Of a DNA stretch of 64,000 bases, positions 61,348-64,000 are shown piece after piece. Position numbers and translations under genes: made by a program. The notes under the pieces were generated by a model. That model was given only the letters and a program-made list of their open reading frames with translations. It was not told where the DNA came from and made no database searches. The stretch is from Candidatus Magasanikiibacteriota bacterium (GTDB lineage Bacteria > Patescibacteriota > Patescibacteriia > Magasanikbacterales > UBA922), in assembly GCA_018650645.1 (NCBI GenBank), contig JABIFP010000020.1, forward strand, positions 8,385-72,384, written 5' to 3'. How positions within the stretch are numbered: the stretch's first letter is position 1; every line of letters starts with the position of its first letter.

Positions 61348-61404
61348 GTTCCCTCCCTTCATTTCTACATTAGGTATATTACCTTTTTTTTCTTGTTCGT
61401 CAAG

Positions 61405-63231
61405 CTACTTTGAGTCTATATACGTATTTTTAAGAGCATGCGGCCCAACAACATACAGCTCATTCATAGCACGAGTAAGCGCTACATAGAGCATATCCTT
61501 TACCGTCCGCTTTTTTTCCTCCCGCATTTCTTCCGAATACTCGCTCCCAAAGTTTGATAGTAGTTCATGCGTCACGCCAACCAAACATACCGCCTCAAAC
61601 TCCACACCCTGCGCCTCATGAATACTCATAATATGCACATGCTCGCCAGCATTTAGCAGGAGTTTATATATGTTCGCAATGTCCTCTGTAAGGGCTAATA
61701 CGCCGATTCTTCCGGTAGATTCATCAATAATTTGCTGCACCTTGCTGACCTGTGCAGCTACTTCCTCTAAAACAAATTCCTGTACAGGCACCCCTTCTCT
61801 CATCTGCTCTGGAATTGAAACCGTATACCCAGCGTCCTCAATATAGCGCATTATTGCTTTTGTATTTCGGTATACTTTTTGCAGTGCTACCACTCTATCT
61901 TCTTTCACGTCCTCTCTTGCCTCACTCCACTCCCGAATAGTTCCAATTTGTGTTTGCTGCGCCATATCACCGACATACATCACCGCATTATGTTCTGGAT
62001 CAAGCACCGATTTTGCCAAAGCGATCTGCTCTGGTAGGTAATTTTGAAACTCGTCAAAAATGAGCAACGAATATTTCATGGCGAATCGTCCCATCTTTTT
62101 TACTGCAGATCCATCTTTTTGTGTTTTATAATATTCTTGCATGATGGTTAACGCGCCTTCATGCTTTTTTTGTAATATAAGCAATACCGTAATATCAAAT
62201 CGATCTAATTGGTGGAGCTGCTCCTGATCTGTAAGTGCATCAAGTACCTCCTGACCAGCTGTTGCATACACTTGCCGCAGTGCTTCATATGGTTTTTTGT
62301 GCCACGCGAAATTGCGAATCTGCTTGAGTGCCTCTCGTTTTGCAAATTCAATGTTATCTTTTTGCACCTGCGATTTCCCTACTCTATATACAAGTTTGGA
62401 ATCAAGTTCCAGCACTCGCATTGCCCACTGTGCAAACGTCGTAATTTTCACTCCTTTAATCCCAAGTTCAGGAAGTAAATGCGAAAAGTACTCGCGGGTC
62501 CCCTCGTCTTGTACAAACACCAAAATTGACGTTGGTGGGAACTTATCAGACACATCCGGTGATTGGGTCAAATACGCTACTCTATGCAACGCTAGGGTCG
62601 TTTTTCCTGATCCAGCAGGACCCGAAATAACCAGAGGCCCCCTATGATTCGCCCTAATCACCTCGTCTTGTGCTTTTTCCATTTGCGCCACAATTTCTGG
62701 CAAGATGAAGCCTTTCTTCTGATTTGAAAAATATTCTTGATAAATAAGTTGCCTTCCCTCCTGCTCCGATTCCGAAGATAAGAAACGAATAGTAGCCTCC
62801 GTAATCATGTACTGATCCTTCTTCTGCAAATTTCCTGTACGCCTGTCCCCATTCGGTCGCTCATATGAAACTGATCCAGGCTTTTCAAATCGAATTGCTG
62901 ATGCCGGGGTAATCCAAGAATAGATATTATGATCTACAGATGAAAACTTTCCAAAATACATATTGTCATGTTCACCACTTCCAAAATCTACCTGGCAATG
63001 CATAAAATATGGTGACTCTATCATCACCTCTAATTCATTCTGCCGTGCCTTTCCATGTTCAAGTAATTTATGCTGAACAATTTTATTGTCTTCATTGAGT
63101 TTTGGAAGGTCTTCTGCCATCTGTATATTTTGTACAGATAGTTTGGTAAATCGATCAGTGATCGAATCTACCTTTTCTTGCAGGTGCTTTGCGGCCGCTG
63201 CAAACAGTGTGTCTTTTTGTGCTTGATTCAT
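61405..63231 (-). CDS. HelD-like SF1 (UvrD family) ATPase/helicase
   Basis: SPYF, GPAGSGKTTLALHRVAYL, DEFQ, GDMAQ, YRNT, AQGVEF, YVALTRA. Confidence 0.8.
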   Translation of the reverse strand: MNQAQKDTLFAAAAKHLQEKVDSITDRFTKLSVQNIQMAEDLPKLNEDNKIVQHKLLEHGKARQNELEVMIESPYFMHCQVDFGSGEHDNMYFGKFSSVDHNIYSWITPASAIRFEKPGSVSYERPNGDRRTGNLQKKDQYMITEATIRFLSSESEQEGRQLIYQEYFSNQKKGFILPEIVAQMEKAQDEVIRANHRGPLVISGPAGSGKTTLALHRVAYLTQSPDVSDKFPPTSILVFVQDEGTREYFSHLLPELGIKGVKITTFAQWAMRVLELDSKLVYRVGKSQVQKDNIEFAKREALKQIRNFAWHKKPYEALRQVYATAGQEVLDALTDQEQLHQLDRFDITVLLILQKKHEGALTIMQEYYKTQKDGSAVKKMGRFAMKYSLLIFDEFQNYLPEQIALAKSVLDPEHNAVMYVGDMAQQTQIGTIREWSEAREDVKEDRVVALQKVYRNTKAIMRYIEDAGYTVSIPEQMREGVPVQEFVLEEVAAQVSKVQQIIDESTGRIGVLALTEDIANIYKLLLNAGEHVHIMSIHEAQGVEFEAVCLVGVTHELLSNFGSEYSEEMREEKKRTVKDMLYVALTRAMNELYVVGPHALKNTYIDSK

Positions 63232-63245
63232 ACAAACGAGTTAAT

Positions 63246-63306
63246 AAAAAAAACTCCTGAATCATTGGTATGTGTAATAGATACACTCCACCTGTGATTC
63301 AGGAGT
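63246..63306 (-). terminator. Long terminator/attenuator hairpin just upstream of helicase
   Basis: ACTCCTGAATCA/TGATTCAGGAGT 12-bp stem with inner stem, then T tract. Confidence 0.7.
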
Positions 63307-63337
63307 CTTGCATGACGCGCGCTGTGGAGAAAGCTAA

Positions 63338-63517
63338 TTGTGGGCCGGGGAGGCGCTTCGCTATTCGAACGCGCGCTTGCAGCGCTTTGGGAAACTTTCC
63401 AGTTTCCCAACCTTCCACCGCATGTAAGGGGCGCTGCCCCTTACCATCCCGGGTTCGAATCTGATTCAATGGCTGCTATTCTATTCAACAACTGATGCAA
63501 ATTCATCTTTTTCTATT
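63338..63517 (-). mobile_element. 180-bp palindromic mini-element ending in duplicated tRNA-Tyr 3' end
   Basis: TTGTGGGCCGGGGAGG at 63338 and 63518; shares TGGGAAAC/GTTTCCCA hairpin with the tRNA-Thr element. Confidence 0.65.
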
Positions 63518-63520
63518 TTG

Positions 63521-63602
63521 TGGGCCGGGGAGGATTCGAACCTCCGAAGGCTGAGCCAGTGGATTTACAGTCCACCCCATTTGACCGCTCTGGAACCGAC
63601 CC
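63521..63602 (-). tRNA. tRNA-Tyr(GTA), CCA not encoded
   Basis: GGGTCGG/CCGGCCC acceptor, GTGGA-CTGTAAA-TCCAC, long variable arm. Confidence 0.97.
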
Positions 63603-63632
63603 TTCGTTAAAATGTTGCCGGAGCGAACATCT

Positions 63633-63708
63633 TGGAGCCATCTGCGAGATTCGAACTCGCGACCGACGGTTTACAAAACCGTTGCTCTACCAGCTGAGCT
63701 AAGATGGC
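63633..63708 (-). tRNA. tRNA-Thr(TGT), CCA encoded
   Basis: GCCATCT/AGATGGC acceptor, ACGGT-TTTGTAA-ACCGT. Confidence 0.97.
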
Positions 63709-63720
63709 GTATTGGCGTAA

Positions 63721-64000
63721 TTACGCCAGTTCATCAATTCTTTGTTTGAAAGCAGGTAGCTTTGCATTATCGGGATTCACCATCCGTAGATTGGCAAATG
63801 TCTCTTCTGCGAGCTCCTTGCTGGACACCATTATAGCAAGATCTAAAAGATTGTCAAGATATTTTGTATTTTTAGGTTCAAGCTGAACTGCCTGGGTAGC
63901 AGCCTCTAAAGCAGAGTCGTTTTCCCCAGCTTCTTTAAGCAAATATGCCAATTTATCAAATCGCTGTGGAAGCATATCTGAAATCAGAACTGCTTGCTGC
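63721..64000 (-). CDS. TPR-containing protein (3' part; start outside window)
   Basis: Open frame to window end; AVQLEPKNTKYLD and NPDN TPR-like motifs. Confidence 0.75.
   Translation of the reverse strand, partial: QQAVLISDMLPQRFDKLAYLLKEAGENDSALEAATQAVQLEPKNTKYLDNLLDLAIMVSSKELAEETFANLRMVNPDNAKLPAFKQRIDELA

Noticed and set aside
356-63886. Many 60-220 aa ORFs antisense to or overlapping recognised genes (e.g. 4655-5269, 27216-27782, 41852-42517, 48833-49501)
   Set aside because: They are shadows of well-supported genes on the other strand or frame and have no motifs of their own.
1-64000. CRISPR array, prophage, integron or IS element
   Set aside because: No regularly spaced repeats, phage structural genes, integrase, transposase or attC series were seen.

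Overview
A 64-kb, AT-rich (~40% GC by eye), densely coding chromosomal segment. Gene content and style (short AT-rich leaders with no Shine-Dalgarno motif, LeuRS with inserted domains, UvrC without HhH tail, PEGA/DUF2914-type genes) point to a Patescibacteria/CPR genome, probably Parcubacteria/ABY1-like; this is inference. It carries the front of the atp operon (atpZ-B-E-F-H-A, with a Na+-type c subunit motif), cca, uppP, pyrG, rplI, era, cysS, ribH/ribE/riboflavin kinase, ctpA, murA, leuS, gdhA, trxA, infB, ppa, nhaA, truB, uvrC, typA, mscL, a copper ATPase cluster, mscS, bcp, a HelD-like helicase and four tRNAs (Val-TAC, Thr-GGT, Tyr-GTA, Thr-TGT). No integrase, transposase, CRISPR array or rRNA was seen. 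Most notable: (1) a dispersed second class of GC-rich, solitary genes with strong SD sites, most with their own sigma70-like promoter and hairpin-rich flanks; (2) nhaA flanks that pair end to end and finish in an interleaved A-B-A'-B' double 11-bp element; (3) about 300 nt of structured sequence on each side of a cold-shock-domain gene; (4) two related 180-200 bp palindromic mini-elements that duplicate tRNA 3' ends; (5) an integrase-free 3.1-kb insertion bounded by a duplicated uvrC 3' end.
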